Below, in pieces: positions 44,462-52,929 of a DNA stretch of 64,000 nt. Within the stretch, counting starts at the first letter, position 1. Each line of letters opens with the position of its first letter. The stretch lies in NCBI GenBank assembly GCA_022563535.1, contig JADFNE010000005.1, positions 46,397-110,396 of the forward strand, read 5' to 3'. Origin of the DNA: Myxococcales bacterium. GTDB lineage: Bacteria; Myxococcota_A; UBA9160; UBA4427. The notes beneath the pieces are model-generated. The model saw only the letters and a program-made list of their open reading frames with translations. It was not told the DNA's origin and searched no databases. The position numbers were made by a program, and so were the translations under genes.

Positions 44462-46422
44462 TGGATGAGGGCATCCGCGCTGGGCACGCTGAGAAGAGGG
44501 GGAGGAGTCGGACCGCGGTGGATACGTGTGAATCGAGTTACGAAAGAATTCCATTTTCCGGGGCAGGTCTCGAGCAGAGTTCTGCAAGGTGGCGAGGCGG
44601 AATCATCTGCACGATCGCGCTTGCGGCGTTCGCTTCGCTGGTATCCGCATCTCGGGTCAGCGCCCTGGTAGAGCCTGGCTTGGTCGGCGATTGGAACCTG
44701 GGCATGGCCGTGCAGGGGCAAATGGAACCCCGAAAGCCTGCGGAGGCGAGGGTCATCTGGCGTCGAAGTGACGACTTCAGTGGCCGGGGCGATGCGGGGT
44801 ACGTCGCGGTCGCCGCAGATTCGAGCCGAGGTTGGTTGGCCGTCGGGGGCGAAGCTGGTCTTTCGGTCGGCCGCCCACTTCGCGACCTGCGCGCCCGGTC
44901 ACTCGCGATGAAGGGAGTTCGCGACCTACGCTTCGGGGCCGGTGGCGAGTTGTACATCGCCACGACTCGAGGGTTCTGGGTTCTCCCAGCCCTTTCTTCG
45001 TCAGCCTTTGATGCTGGGAAAGTCAATCATCTTCAAGAATTCAGCCCTGGGAGGGGAGAGGGTTCGCGTCGGGTAAATCGGGTTGCGACGGGACCGGACT
45101 TCGTCGCACTGGCGACCGACGACGGTGTGTTCGTTTCGAGCCCTTGGAAAGCGAGCCACGACAACCCGGCACAAGCGCCGCGCCTGAAGTGGACACGCCT
45201 CAACGCAGGCTTTCCTAACGGTCCCGTCTCTCTTGTAGCGGTTGAGCAAAAAGAGGATGCGACCTACTTGTGGACTGTGGTGGGTCCCGCGCTGTGGCGG
45301 ATCCGTCTATCTACCAAGAGCACTACCAAGAGCACTACCAAGAGCACTACCAAGAGCACTACCAAGAGCGGTACTACGACCGCTACTATGGTCGCGGTTT
45401 CTGATCTTCGGGAAGTGGTTGTGCCCGGTCGAGTCCATGGCGAACTCCCGGTGGATCTCGTGGCAGACCTTCCCGCCGAAGGTGTTGCACTCGTTTATGC
45501 CGACTCGATCTTTTTTCGCAACCGCGATGTGTCCTCGGGGCGTCACGCGTGGGAGGTCGTGCGCCCAGTTCTGCCGCCGGGTAGTTCAATTGCGCGACTC
45601 GGACACTGGCGCGGACGCTATTGGCTGACGACTGATCGCGGGATTTTGCTTTCGCACTCTCTGGCTGGTCCCTGGCGAAGGGCCGAGCCGCCGGCGGGGC
45701 GCGCGTCCGCCCAAGCTGCAGCCGTCCTGGGCAGCCGCCTCTATGTTGCGAGCGCCGGGGGGTTGCTCTATGCCGAGCCGCTTCACGGCACCGCGGTTCG
45801 TGCGACGCGAACCCGAACGACGCGAGCGCCGTCCATCGTCGCCGTCCATCGCATCGCTCTTCGCCACCAGGGTCTCGAGCCCCGGGTCTTCAAGGATGCC
45901 TGGCGCGGAGTTCGGCGGCGGGGGTGGTTGCCTGCCGTCGGGCTGCGCCTGGGAGTAGATCTCGACACCGGGCGCAGCTCCGACGACGACGAGGTCTTCG
46001 TATCCGGCGACTACCACCTGCTGCGCGACAAAGACGAAGACCGAAGCCTCGATCTCGGCGCTTCGATCACAATGACTTGGGACTTTCGAGATCTCGCCTA
46101 CGAACCCGACCAGATCGATCTTTCCCGAGAGTCGCGTCTCGTGATCGGGTTGCGCGACGATGTGCTCGATGAGATCAATCAACTCTACTTCGAACGGCTG
46201 GCGATCCTGGGCGATCTCGCAGCACTGCGTGAAGGATCCGAGGGTGAGTCCGATTCGAGTGGCACCGACACCGCCGACGACTCCAAAGATCTCTCCGATC
46301 CATACGCCGCAGCCCAACTCATCGTCACCCTCGAGTTGCGTCTCGAAGAACTGACCGCCGGGCTCGACGCCTGGACGGGAGGTTGGTTCGGCAAACAACT
46401 CGAGTCATCCGTGTCTTACTGA
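44461..46422 (+). CDS. Secreted repeat protein, unknown function (BNR/Ycf48-like beta-propeller suspected) with internal TKST repeat
   Basis: Signal-like IICTIALAAFASLVSASRVSA. Recurring motifs YIATTRGFWV, LATDDGVFVSSPW, LTTDRGILLSHSLAGPW, YVASAGGLLYA. Exact start uncertain. Confidence 0.65.
   Translation: MDEGIRAGHAEKRGRSRTAVDTCESSYERIPFSGAGLEQSSARWRGGIICTIALAAFASLVSASRVSALVEPGLVGDWNLGMAVQGQMEPRKPAEARVIWRRSDDFSGRGDAGYVAVAADSSRGWLAVGGEAGLSVGRPLRDLRARSLAMKGVRDLRFGAGGELYIATTRGFWVLPALSSSAFDAGKVNHLQEFSPGRGEGSRRVNRVATGPDFVALATDDGVFVSSPWKASHDNPAQAPRLKWTRLNAGFPNGPVSLVAVEQKEDATYLWTVVGPALWRIRLSTKSTTKSTTKSTTKSTTKSGTTTATMVAVSDLREVVVPGRVHGELPVDLVADLPAEGVALVYADSIFFRNRDVSSGRHAWEVVRPVLPPGSSIARLGHWRGRYWLTTDRGILLSHSLAGPWRRAEPPAGRASAQAAAVLGSRLYVASAGGLLYAEPLHGTAVRATRTRTTRAPSIVAVHRIALRHQGLEPRVFKDAWRGVRRRGWLPAVGLRLGVDLDTGRSSDDDEVFVSGDYHLLRDKDEDRSLDLGASITMTWDFRDLAYEPDQIDLSRESRLVIGLRDDVLDEINQLYFERLAILGDLAALREGSEGESDSSGTDTADDSKDLSDPYAAAQLIVTLELRLEELTAGLDAWTGGWFGKQLESSVSY
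45313..45372 (+). repeat. In-frame 12-bp tandem repeat accaagagcact x4 perfect + 1 imperfect (encodes TKST repeats)
   Basis: Read directly from the sequence. The protein shows STKSTTKSTTKSTTKSTTKSGTTT. Confidence 0.9.
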
Positions 46423-46474
46423 ATCTGAAGTTCAGCGTGTCCCGACCACCGACCCCGATCTGATTGGAAACAAC

Positions 46475-47245
46475 GTGCGTAGGAATAGGAATAGAAGCGG
46501 TAATCGATACAGAGGGATGGGGAAATACGAAAGGGCGGGGTGGAGCGGAGTCTCGAGGTTTCCAGCGCGTTGGGTTCAGCAGCTGATCCTCCACGGGATC
46601 GTCGGTCTAGTCCTTTCTGTCGCCGGGGGCGCGTCTGCGACTCCCGTCATCTCCGAAGTCCTCTACGACGCCGTCGGCATTGACAACGGTTATACGTTTG
46701 TCGAAATCTATGGAGCCCCCGGAGAAGTGCTCGACGGCCTGAGCCTCGAAGGTGTAAACGGAAGTAACGGTGCGGTGGGGCCGATCATTTCCCTCAGTGG
46801 TGTCATCCCCCAGGACGGCGTGTTTGTCGTTGCCGACGTGAATGGGGAGGGGGTGACGATGGTGATCAACGCCGATCAACTCGCGAACTTCGACTTTCAA
46901 AATGGTCCCGACTCGATCGTCTTGCTGGAGGGAGGTGTTGTGATCGACGCACTTGGGTATGGCGTATTTTCGGCGGGAGACGTGTTCGCAGGGGAGGGGG
47001 CGCCCGCCGCAGATGCGCCGGCGGGTTCGAGTCTGGCGCGGCTGTTCGCCGATCTCGATCAGGACGACAATTCCCTCGACTTCTCGCCGCTCGGGGTTCC
47101 CACACCGGGGGAAGTGACGTTGCTCCCCGTGCCGGAGCCCGACAGCGCTCTACTCATGATGCTGGGCTTGCTTGCGATGAGTTCTCGCCTGCGGCCGGCT
47201 TCTACACGCGTGACGCGCAAGAACCAATCGGCGCGGCTCGAGTAG
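46475..47245 (+). CDS. Lamin-tail-domain (LTD) protein with PEP-CTERM sorting signal
   Basis: PVISEVLYDAVGIDNGYTFVEIYGAPGEVLDGLSLEGVNGSNG (LTD pattern). C-terminal VPEPDSALLMMLGLLAMSSRLR (PEP-CTERM). The true start is probably internal to the ORF. Confidence 0.7.
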   Translation: MRRNRNRSGNRYRGMGKYERAGWSGVSRFPARWVQQLILHGIVGLVLSVAGGASATPVISEVLYDAVGIDNGYTFVEIYGAPGEVLDGLSLEGVNGSNGAVGPIISLSGVIPQDGVFVVADVNGEGVTMVINADQLANFDFQNGPDSIVLLEGGVVIDALGYGVFSAGDVFAGEGAPAADAPAGSSLARLFADLDQDDNSLDFSPLGVPTPGEVTLLPVPEPDSALLMMLGLLAMSSRLRPASTRVTRKNQSARLE

Positions 47246-47750
47246 CCAGCGCTCCAGAAGCAGTGTCCCGCGGCCGCCGCGACGAGCGGGGTTGCCGGGC
47301 ACTGTGTCGAGTGACGATCAGAACGAGAGATGTGCGCCGGGAGAAACGCTGTCGAACATCGCCCCGGCCTTCTCTATTTTCGCGACTGTCGAAAGTTCGC
47401 CTCCAGTCGCGCGCGATGGGTCGCTAGGATTATTGGAGTGCGCAACGTGGTGATCCGAACCTGAACGTCGGCTTTGGGAGCGAGCGTTCCGTTACGCAGC
47501 ACGACCGCGACGCCGGTTGCATGCTCCAGTGTTTGCGGTGACTCGAATTCCGTCGTCGACTCTATTTTTTCAGACGCAAAATCAGGGTTTTTATGGGGGT
47601 GTACAGACTTGCGGTCTTCGTGTCGCGTATTGCGCGAAACATGCACACGATCGAATGAACGCGAGGAACGAAGTTTGGCTCGCTAGAGCCAGTCATTCGT
47701 CGCTCGCGGCCCAACCGGGTACAAATCACCCTGCGAAGCCTGAAGACTTG

Positions 47751-47779
47751 TTGAGTTTTGTTGGTAAGCGGCGTATTTT
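47751..47779 (+). promoter_or_regulatory. Candidate sigma-70-type promoter for the VTC operon
   Basis: TTGAGT, 17-bp spacer, TATTTT, located 72 bp upstream of ATG 47852. Each hexamer matches the consensus at only 4 of 6 positions. Confidence 0.25.
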
Positions 47780-47851
47780 GGGTACACGCGCGAAGCACTC
47801 GGAAACGTTGTTCCGCTACCAGGTTTGTGCTGCCCGTTGGAGTTGATATAG

Positions 47852-48724
47852 ATGGCTGTCTTCGAGGCTCGTTTCGAGCGGCTCGAGCTGAAATATCTGA
47901 TTGACGAGTCCACCGCAGATCGAGTGCGGCGCGATATCGAGCCGTTCTGTCGGCCCGACCCACACAACGCCAAGCGTCTCGTCAAACGCAACGCCGTAGA
48001 CAACGCCCAGAACATCGTCCGACATGACGTCGAAAACATCTTTGCACCGGTCAGCAATAAACCGAAAGAAGAGGTGGGCTACGGGATCAGTTCGCTGTAT
48101 CTCGACAGTCCGGGTCTTGTTTCGTTTTATGCCAAGGAGCGCGGCGACCCCGAACGACTGAAGTTGCGAGTTCGTACCTATCGCGATTCGCCGATCGCCG
48201 TTCTCGAACTCAAGCGCAAGATATCGGACGTCATCAACAAGACCCGGGCGAGTGTTGATCCCGCACACGTGGAGCGGATCGCCAGCGGTCGACTCCCCGC
48301 GGCATCGAATCCCGAAGTCGATCGATTCTTGAAAGACTTCGCAGTGACCTCGATGAGTTTGGGCGCCCAGCCGGTGCTGCACGTGCGTTACGACCGCGAA
48401 GCCTATTCGAGTGATGTCGACACCTACGCCCGCGTGACGTTCGACCGACGCATCGAAGTTCAGCGCGCCCACGGCTGGGATCCCGCTCCGGCTACGGAAG
48501 GCTGGTGTTCGTTCGATCGCTACCGGCGCCCGGACCTGCGTGACAAAAACATCGTACTCGAGCTCAAGTGTCAGTCATTTGTCCCGTGGTGGATCACAAA
48601 TCTGATCCGCACCCATGCGCTCAAGCGCCAGTCGTTTTCGAAATACGGGATCGGCATCTACCTGACAAGTAAGCTCAATTGGGAGACCTCGTTGCCGAGC
48701 CGCTCCGCGAGGGCATTGCTTTGA
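47852..48724 (+). CDS. VTC-domain (polyphosphate polymerase / CYTH-like tunnel fold) protein
   Basis: FERLELKYLI; ISSLYLDSPGLVSFYAKERGDPERLKLRVRTY; AVLELKRK; YARVTFDRRI; VLELKC. This is the pattern of bacterial VTC-domain proteins. Confidence 0.75.
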   Translation: MAVFEARFERLELKYLIDESTADRVRRDIEPFCRPDPHNAKRLVKRNAVDNAQNIVRHDVENIFAPVSNKPKEEVGYGISSLYLDSPGLVSFYAKERGDPERLKLRVRTYRDSPIAVLELKRKISDVINKTRASVDPAHVERIASGRLPAASNPEVDRFLKDFAVTSMSLGAQPVLHVRYDREAYSSDVDTYARVTFDRRIEVQRAHGWDPAPATEGWCSFDRYRRPDLRDKNIVLELKCQSFVPWWITNLIRTHALKRQSFSKYGIGIYLTSKLNWETSLPSRSARALL

Positions 48725-48747
48725 ACACCGACGTTCTGTTTGGACAA

Positions 48748-49413
48748 ATGGAGCAGACCATTTCCGGCGGCAGCTGGGTCGCACCTTTGACGGCCCTCGT
48801 GAGCGCGTTTGTGTTCGGTCAGGTGTTGGCTTGGACCTACGAGCGCACCTATAGCGGGCTGAGTTATTCGCGCGGCTTCAGTCATACCCTGGTACTGGTG
48901 TGCATCAGCGCTTCCATCCTGGTCCTGTCGATGAAATATTCGCTGATTGCGGGGCTGGGACTGTTCGGCGTGCTTTCGATGATTCGCTTTCGCACGGACT
49001 TGAAGACACCGCGCGATCTGGTCTTTGTGATGGGGGCCGCGTGTATCGGGGTGGCATGCGGGGTGGGAGCCATGATCGAAGCCTTCATGGGAGCCAGCGC
49101 CTTCGCACTCGTTGCGCTGTACCTGTTTCTCGGTCCGTTCGGTTCCAGGTCCCGCTTTGACGGCGTGTTGCGCTTTCAACTCCCCACCCAACTCGACTCG
49201 GACACCAGTCTCGCGCAATTGATGCGATTGCACTGCCGGCGGCTGCACCTGCTATCCACCGCCGATATCGAAGAAGGCACACAGATAGAACATGTTTATC
49301 AGGTGAAGTTCTTTCGTGAGCGCGATCGGGAGGACTTGCTCGCAGCGTTGCGTCAAGATCTGGGCGCGCTCGAAACACGCTTGATGCTGCAAGACGCATC
49401 GTCGGAGTATTAG
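48748..49413 (+). CDS. DUF4956-family membrane protein
   Basis: WVAPLTALVSAFVFGQVLAWTYERTY; LIAGLGLFGVLSMIRFRT..KTPRDLVFVMGAACIGVACGVG. Soluble C-terminal domain. ATG at 48748; an alternative TTG lies at 48679. Confidence 0.7.
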   Translation: MEQTISGGSWVAPLTALVSAFVFGQVLAWTYERTYSGLSYSRGFSHTLVLVCISASILVLSMKYSLIAGLGLFGVLSMIRFRTDLKTPRDLVFVMGAACIGVACGVGAMIEAFMGASAFALVALYLFLGPFGSRSRFDGVLRFQLPTQLDSDTSLAQLMRLHCRRLHLLSTADIEEGTQIEHVYQVKFFRERDREDLLAALRQDLGALETRLMLQDASSEY

Positions 49414-49418
49414 ACAAG

Positions 49419-50306
49419 ATGTACGATCGAATTTTAGCGACTCGACGCAGTGCACAACGGGGAATCGGCCGCGTCTTCGACGCATTTGGCGCGCGCCCAT
49501 TTGGCATATTGGTGTTTGCGCTGAGCATTACACTGCTCGTGTATCTGCAATCCGGCGTGGTGGGCGGCATTCGCGCCGATGCAGTCGCGGCTGCAGGATT
49601 GGTCGAGCAGCCTGCGCGCGTTTCGTCGTATGTCACGAAGGTCTATGTGCGTGCGGGTGACGCGGTGGACGTGGGGGCGCCGTTGGTGGATCTATCGCCC
49701 CACTTCATCGACCGAGAGCTCGGTCGGATCGACGCGGAATTCCAAAAGCTGTTGCACGAATCAAAGCTCGCCCAGGCCCGCTTGCTGATCAAAGAACAGC
49801 GCTGGCTGAACCCGCAGATGCGGCGGCGGCCAGACGGTCCCTCGCTCGAAACCCCCACGGAGGCACTCTACGCCAAGGAGTTGGCGGCGCTGCAGGTCCG
49901 CCGATCACAGCTGCTCGCAGACCGCGAGGCGTTGACGATCAAGGCGAGCCATCCCGGTCGCATTGCGCTGGTCGTCAATACCGGCAGCGCCGTAGGGAAA
50001 GGAAGCTCGGTTGCGTCGGTGAGCCCCGAGTACGCAGAGGAGATCGTCGCCTATGTGTCACCGGACATGCAGCCAGACCTGGTCGCTGTAGGGTCGACGG
50101 TGCATATCGCGCGTTCCTCGTTCGCGTGCAGCGGCGCGGCCAAGGTACTGCGGCGCGGCGCCACGGTGCAAGAGGCGCCGGGCCAGTTGGTCGGCCTGTT
50201 GCGCTTTCCGGTGCACGGGTTGCCGGTCTACATTTCGATTCCACCGGACTGCCAGCTCGGTGTAGGGCAGGTTCTCAGTGTCGAGTTCGCTCGCGCGGTG
50301 ATGTAG
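49419..50306 (+). CDS. HlyD / membrane-fusion-protein-like periplasmic adaptor
   Basis: N-terminal TM helix FGILVFALSITLLVYL. Barrel-sandwich motif VTKVYVRAGDAVDVGAPLVDL. Coiled-coil segment. Second half-barrel GRIALVVNTGSAVGKGSSVASV. Confidence 0.6.
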   Translation: MYDRILATRRSAQRGIGRVFDAFGARPFGILVFALSITLLVYLQSGVVGGIRADAVAAAGLVEQPARVSSYVTKVYVRAGDAVDVGAPLVDLSPHFIDRELGRIDAEFQKLLHESKLAQARLLIKEQRWLNPQMRRRPDGPSLETPTEALYAKELAALQVRRSQLLADREALTIKASHPGRIALVVNTGSAVGKGSSVASVSPEYAEEIVAYVSPDMQPDLVAVGSTVHIARSSFACSGAAKVLRRGATVQEAPGQLVGLLRFPVHGLPVYISIPPDCQLGVGQVLSVEFARAVM

Positions 50307-51529
50307 TGCGCGCAGTGTTGACCTTGCCCCATCGTTTACAAGTTTGTGTTCTCGTGTGTTTGTTCGCAGCTGCTTGCGCAACGCCCCCGGCGCCGCCCGT
50401 CGATCACGAGCAGCGTATCGAACGAGCCGCCGGCGAACTCCCTTACGATCCGATCGTACAGGCACATCGAGCCGCAGTGGAAGCCGCGCAGGCGAACGAG
50501 CAGCGACCCAAGCTCGTCGATCGAGTCGAGCTTCGCGCCGGCGAGGATTACCTGGCTAGTGAGCATCAGCTCCGGGCGCTCGCCCGGGTAAAGGTTCGGC
50601 ACCCGGCCGAGCTGCGCGCCGAGCGCAACGTGCTGCGCGCCCAAACTGAAATTGAGGTGGCGCGCCTCGAAGAAGCGACACTCAAGCGCCGAGTGGAAAT
50701 GTGCTTTCCGTCGGTCGACGCGCTGGTCCGCGCCCAACAGAACGAGATATTCACCGACTACACCCTGCGGCAGAAAATTCTGTTGGCTTGGAATGACACC
50801 TGGCTTGAGTCGGGCGTGATTGACGAGTTGAGCGGAGTCCGGTTCCGGCTCGACAGTCGGGTGAAACTCGCGGTTCGTCAACCACCCCCGAGTGCCGATC
50901 ACGCTCGCATCTCGATACAGCTTCCGGACATCGGCGCCGGCCCCGGCGAGCTGGTACGCAACCCCGAACATCTGCGCGCCACCGTGCGTCAACATCACCC
51001 TTCGGCAGGACTGCAACGCGCAACCGCAGATCGCTATCGACGGCTGGCCGAACGGGCCCGCGCGCGACGTCTACCGGGACTCCGGTTCGTCGATTTGTCC
51101 TACGAACACCGGACCGCATCATCGCGCAACGGAGTTGGAGGCCAGGTTGCTTTCGAGATTCCTTTTGGGGGCGAATCTCGAGCCGAGATCGCGCGCTACG
51201 ACGCGTTGATTCGGCAGCAACGCTTCGAAGGGAACGCTCGGGTCGAGGACCAGATCTCCCTGAGTCTCCAGGCGCTCAACGATGTCCACGACTTTGAATC
51301 GCGCCACGAACAATGGCGCGAACTCGAACGGCTGGCGGCAGCTGCCGAAGAGGTAGCCGACCGCTGGTGGAAGTCTCGGCTCGCCAAGCCCTCCCAGGTC
51401 TCAGCACTGCTAGACGATGCTTATTCGGCCAGAATCGCCGTCCTGGACGCCCGGGAACGCGCGGCCAATGCTCAGTGCACCCTGCTTTCGATGACAGGCG
51501 TCACCCTCGACGACTGGCCGCGAGAATAA
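50306..51529 (+). CDS. TolC/OEP-like outer-membrane lipoprotein (putative)
   Basis: Lipobox VLVCLFAACA. Long helical repeats resembling outer-membrane efflux proteins (RAERNVLRAQTEIEVARLEEATLKRRVE; ...AYSARIAVLDARERAANAQCTLLSMTG). The GTG at 50306 overlaps the upstream TAG by 1 nt. Confidence 0.5.
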   Translation: MRAVLTLPHRLQVCVLVCLFAAACATPPAPPVDHEQRIERAAGELPYDPIVQAHRAAVEAAQANEQRPKLVDRVELRAGEDYLASEHQLRALARVKVRHPAELRAERNVLRAQTEIEVARLEEATLKRRVEMCFPSVDALVRAQQNEIFTDYTLRQKILLAWNDTWLESGVIDELSGVRFRLDSRVKLAVRQPPPSADHARISIQLPDIGAGPGELVRNPEHLRATVRQHHPSAGLQRATADRYRRLAERARARRLPGLRFVDLSYEHRTASSRNGVGGQVAFEIPFGGESRAEIARYDALIRQQRFEGNARVEDQISLSLQALNDVHDFESRHEQWRELERLAAAAEEVADRWWKSRLAKPSQVSALLDDAYSARIAVLDARERAANAQCTLLSMTGVTLDDWPRE

Positions 51530-51543
51530 TCCCCCCCTGCTTC

Positions 51544-52719
51544 TCAGTCGCCGGGTGTCGAAGCCGGTAGACCCAGTTCTGCGAGCAGGGCCTCGCGGTG
51601 GCCGTCCAGGGCGGGAGCCGCAGGGCGACGCGTAGGATCCTCAACCCCCGAAATCTTGATCGGGTTGCCCGCCACCTTGAAGTCATTGAGCCCGGGTTCT
51701 TCGACGGGAACCAGCATGTTTCTGGCTCGGATCTGCGGATCTTCGAGTACCTGGCCGACATCTTGAATGGGACCGCACGGGATACCCGCTCGCGAGAGGA
51801 CGTCTAACCACCTTGCACTTCCCTGGGCGCGCAGGGTCTGTTCGAGTTCAGTCTTGAGTGCATCCTGATGCTGGGTACGCAGATCGTTGGTCGCGAAGCG
51901 AGCGTCTTCCAGGAGGTCACTGCGTTCGAGTGCCCGGCACAACGACAAAAATAGCGAATCATTGCCGGCGGCGATGACGAAGAATCCATCGCCCGTAGCG
52001 AAGCAGTCAAAGGGAGTGATCGATGGGTGGCGAGAGCCGAGCGGGGTCGGGACTTCCCCCGTCGCCTGATAGCGCGCCACGGCATTCTCGAGTATTGCGA
52101 CTTGGCAGTCCAGCATCCCGACGTCGATCTTTTTTGCTTCTCCGGTTTGCGCACGATGAAAGAGCGCAGCGTTGACTCCGGTGCATACAAAGAGCCCCGC
52201 CGTGATGTCGCCCATCGAAGTTCCCACCCGGGTGGGGCGGCTACTGCCCGGTTGCCCCGTCAGGCTCATGATGCCGCCCATCGCCTGCACGACCAGATCG
52301 TAGGCGGGTCGTTCTCGGTAGGGTCCCGTGTGGCCGAAGCCCGAGACGGCTGCATAGATGAGTTGAGGGTACCGCTGGTGCAGCGTTTCCCAGCCGTAGC
52401 CGAGTTTTTCCATCGTGCCCGCTCGGAAGTTCTCGACCAGTACATCCGCGCGTTCGAGCAGGGCTTCGAAGACCGCGCGGTCTGCTTGGTCCTTCAGGTC
52501 GAGGGCGATGCTCTCTTTGCCGCGGTTCAGCGATACGAAGTAGGCCGACTTGTCTTCGATGAAAGGACCGATGTGACGCGCGTCGTCGCCGCTGCCGGGT
52601 CGCTCCACTTTGATGATCCGCGCGCCCAGATCGCACAACACCATGGTGCAGTACGGCCCTGCGAGCACTCGAGTGAGATCGAGAACCGTGATACCGGCGA
52701 GAGGGCCCGCTCCACTCAT
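51544..52719 (-). CDS. Family III CoA-transferase (CaiB/BaiF)
   Basis: The ATG at 52719 gives MSGAGPLAGITVLDLTRVLAGPYCTMVLCDLGARIIKVERPGSGDDAR. The ORF's upstream extension overlaps the lpd promoter region and was rejected. Confidence 0.85.
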   Translation of the reverse strand: MSGAGPLAGITVLDLTRVLAGPYCTMVLCDLGARIIKVERPGSGDDARHIGPFIEDKSAYFVSLNRGKESIALDLKDQADRAVFEALLERADVLVENFRAGTMEKLGYGWETLHQRYPQLIYAAVSGFGHTGPYRERPAYDLVVQAMGGIMSLTGQPGSSRPTRVGTSMGDITAGLFVCTGVNAALFHRAQTGEAKKIDVGMLDCQVAILENAVARYQATGEVPTPLGSRHPSITPFDCFATGDGFFVIAAGNDSLFLSLCRALERSDLLEDARFATNDLRTQHQDALKTELEQTLRAQGSARWLDVLSRAGIPCGPIQDVGQVLEDPQIRARNMLVPVEEPGLNDFKVAGNPIKISGVEDPTRRPAAPALDGHREALLAELGLPASTPGD

Positions 52720-52929
52720 AGAGTTCAATTCCTTTGTCGAAGCTTCTCGTTCTTGTGAATCTCGCTTCGTTGCTGATCTGCCGGAAGAGCGCTGCGCATC
52801 ATACCCGGATTCCCCCAGTCTGGCGCTATACTGCGCGTCCGCACGCAACCCGCCAAACTGAATGAAAAGCTGAACAGATGAGTTCCGTGGAAAACTTTGG
52901 GTCGGGCAGGGCAGGGGGAGAATCGGTCG

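Noticed and set aside
45313-45372. Tandem arrays considered as possible CRISPR
   Set aside because: The units are only 11-12 bp and directly abutting with no spacers. Most are in-frame inside genes, and no cas genes are present.
47374-47646. 90-aa minus-strand ORF in the spacer upstream of the VTC operon
   Set aside because: It has no motif, an odd His/Lys/Arg-rich N-terminus, and conflicts with two plus-strand ORFs of similar quality. I treated the region as non-coding.
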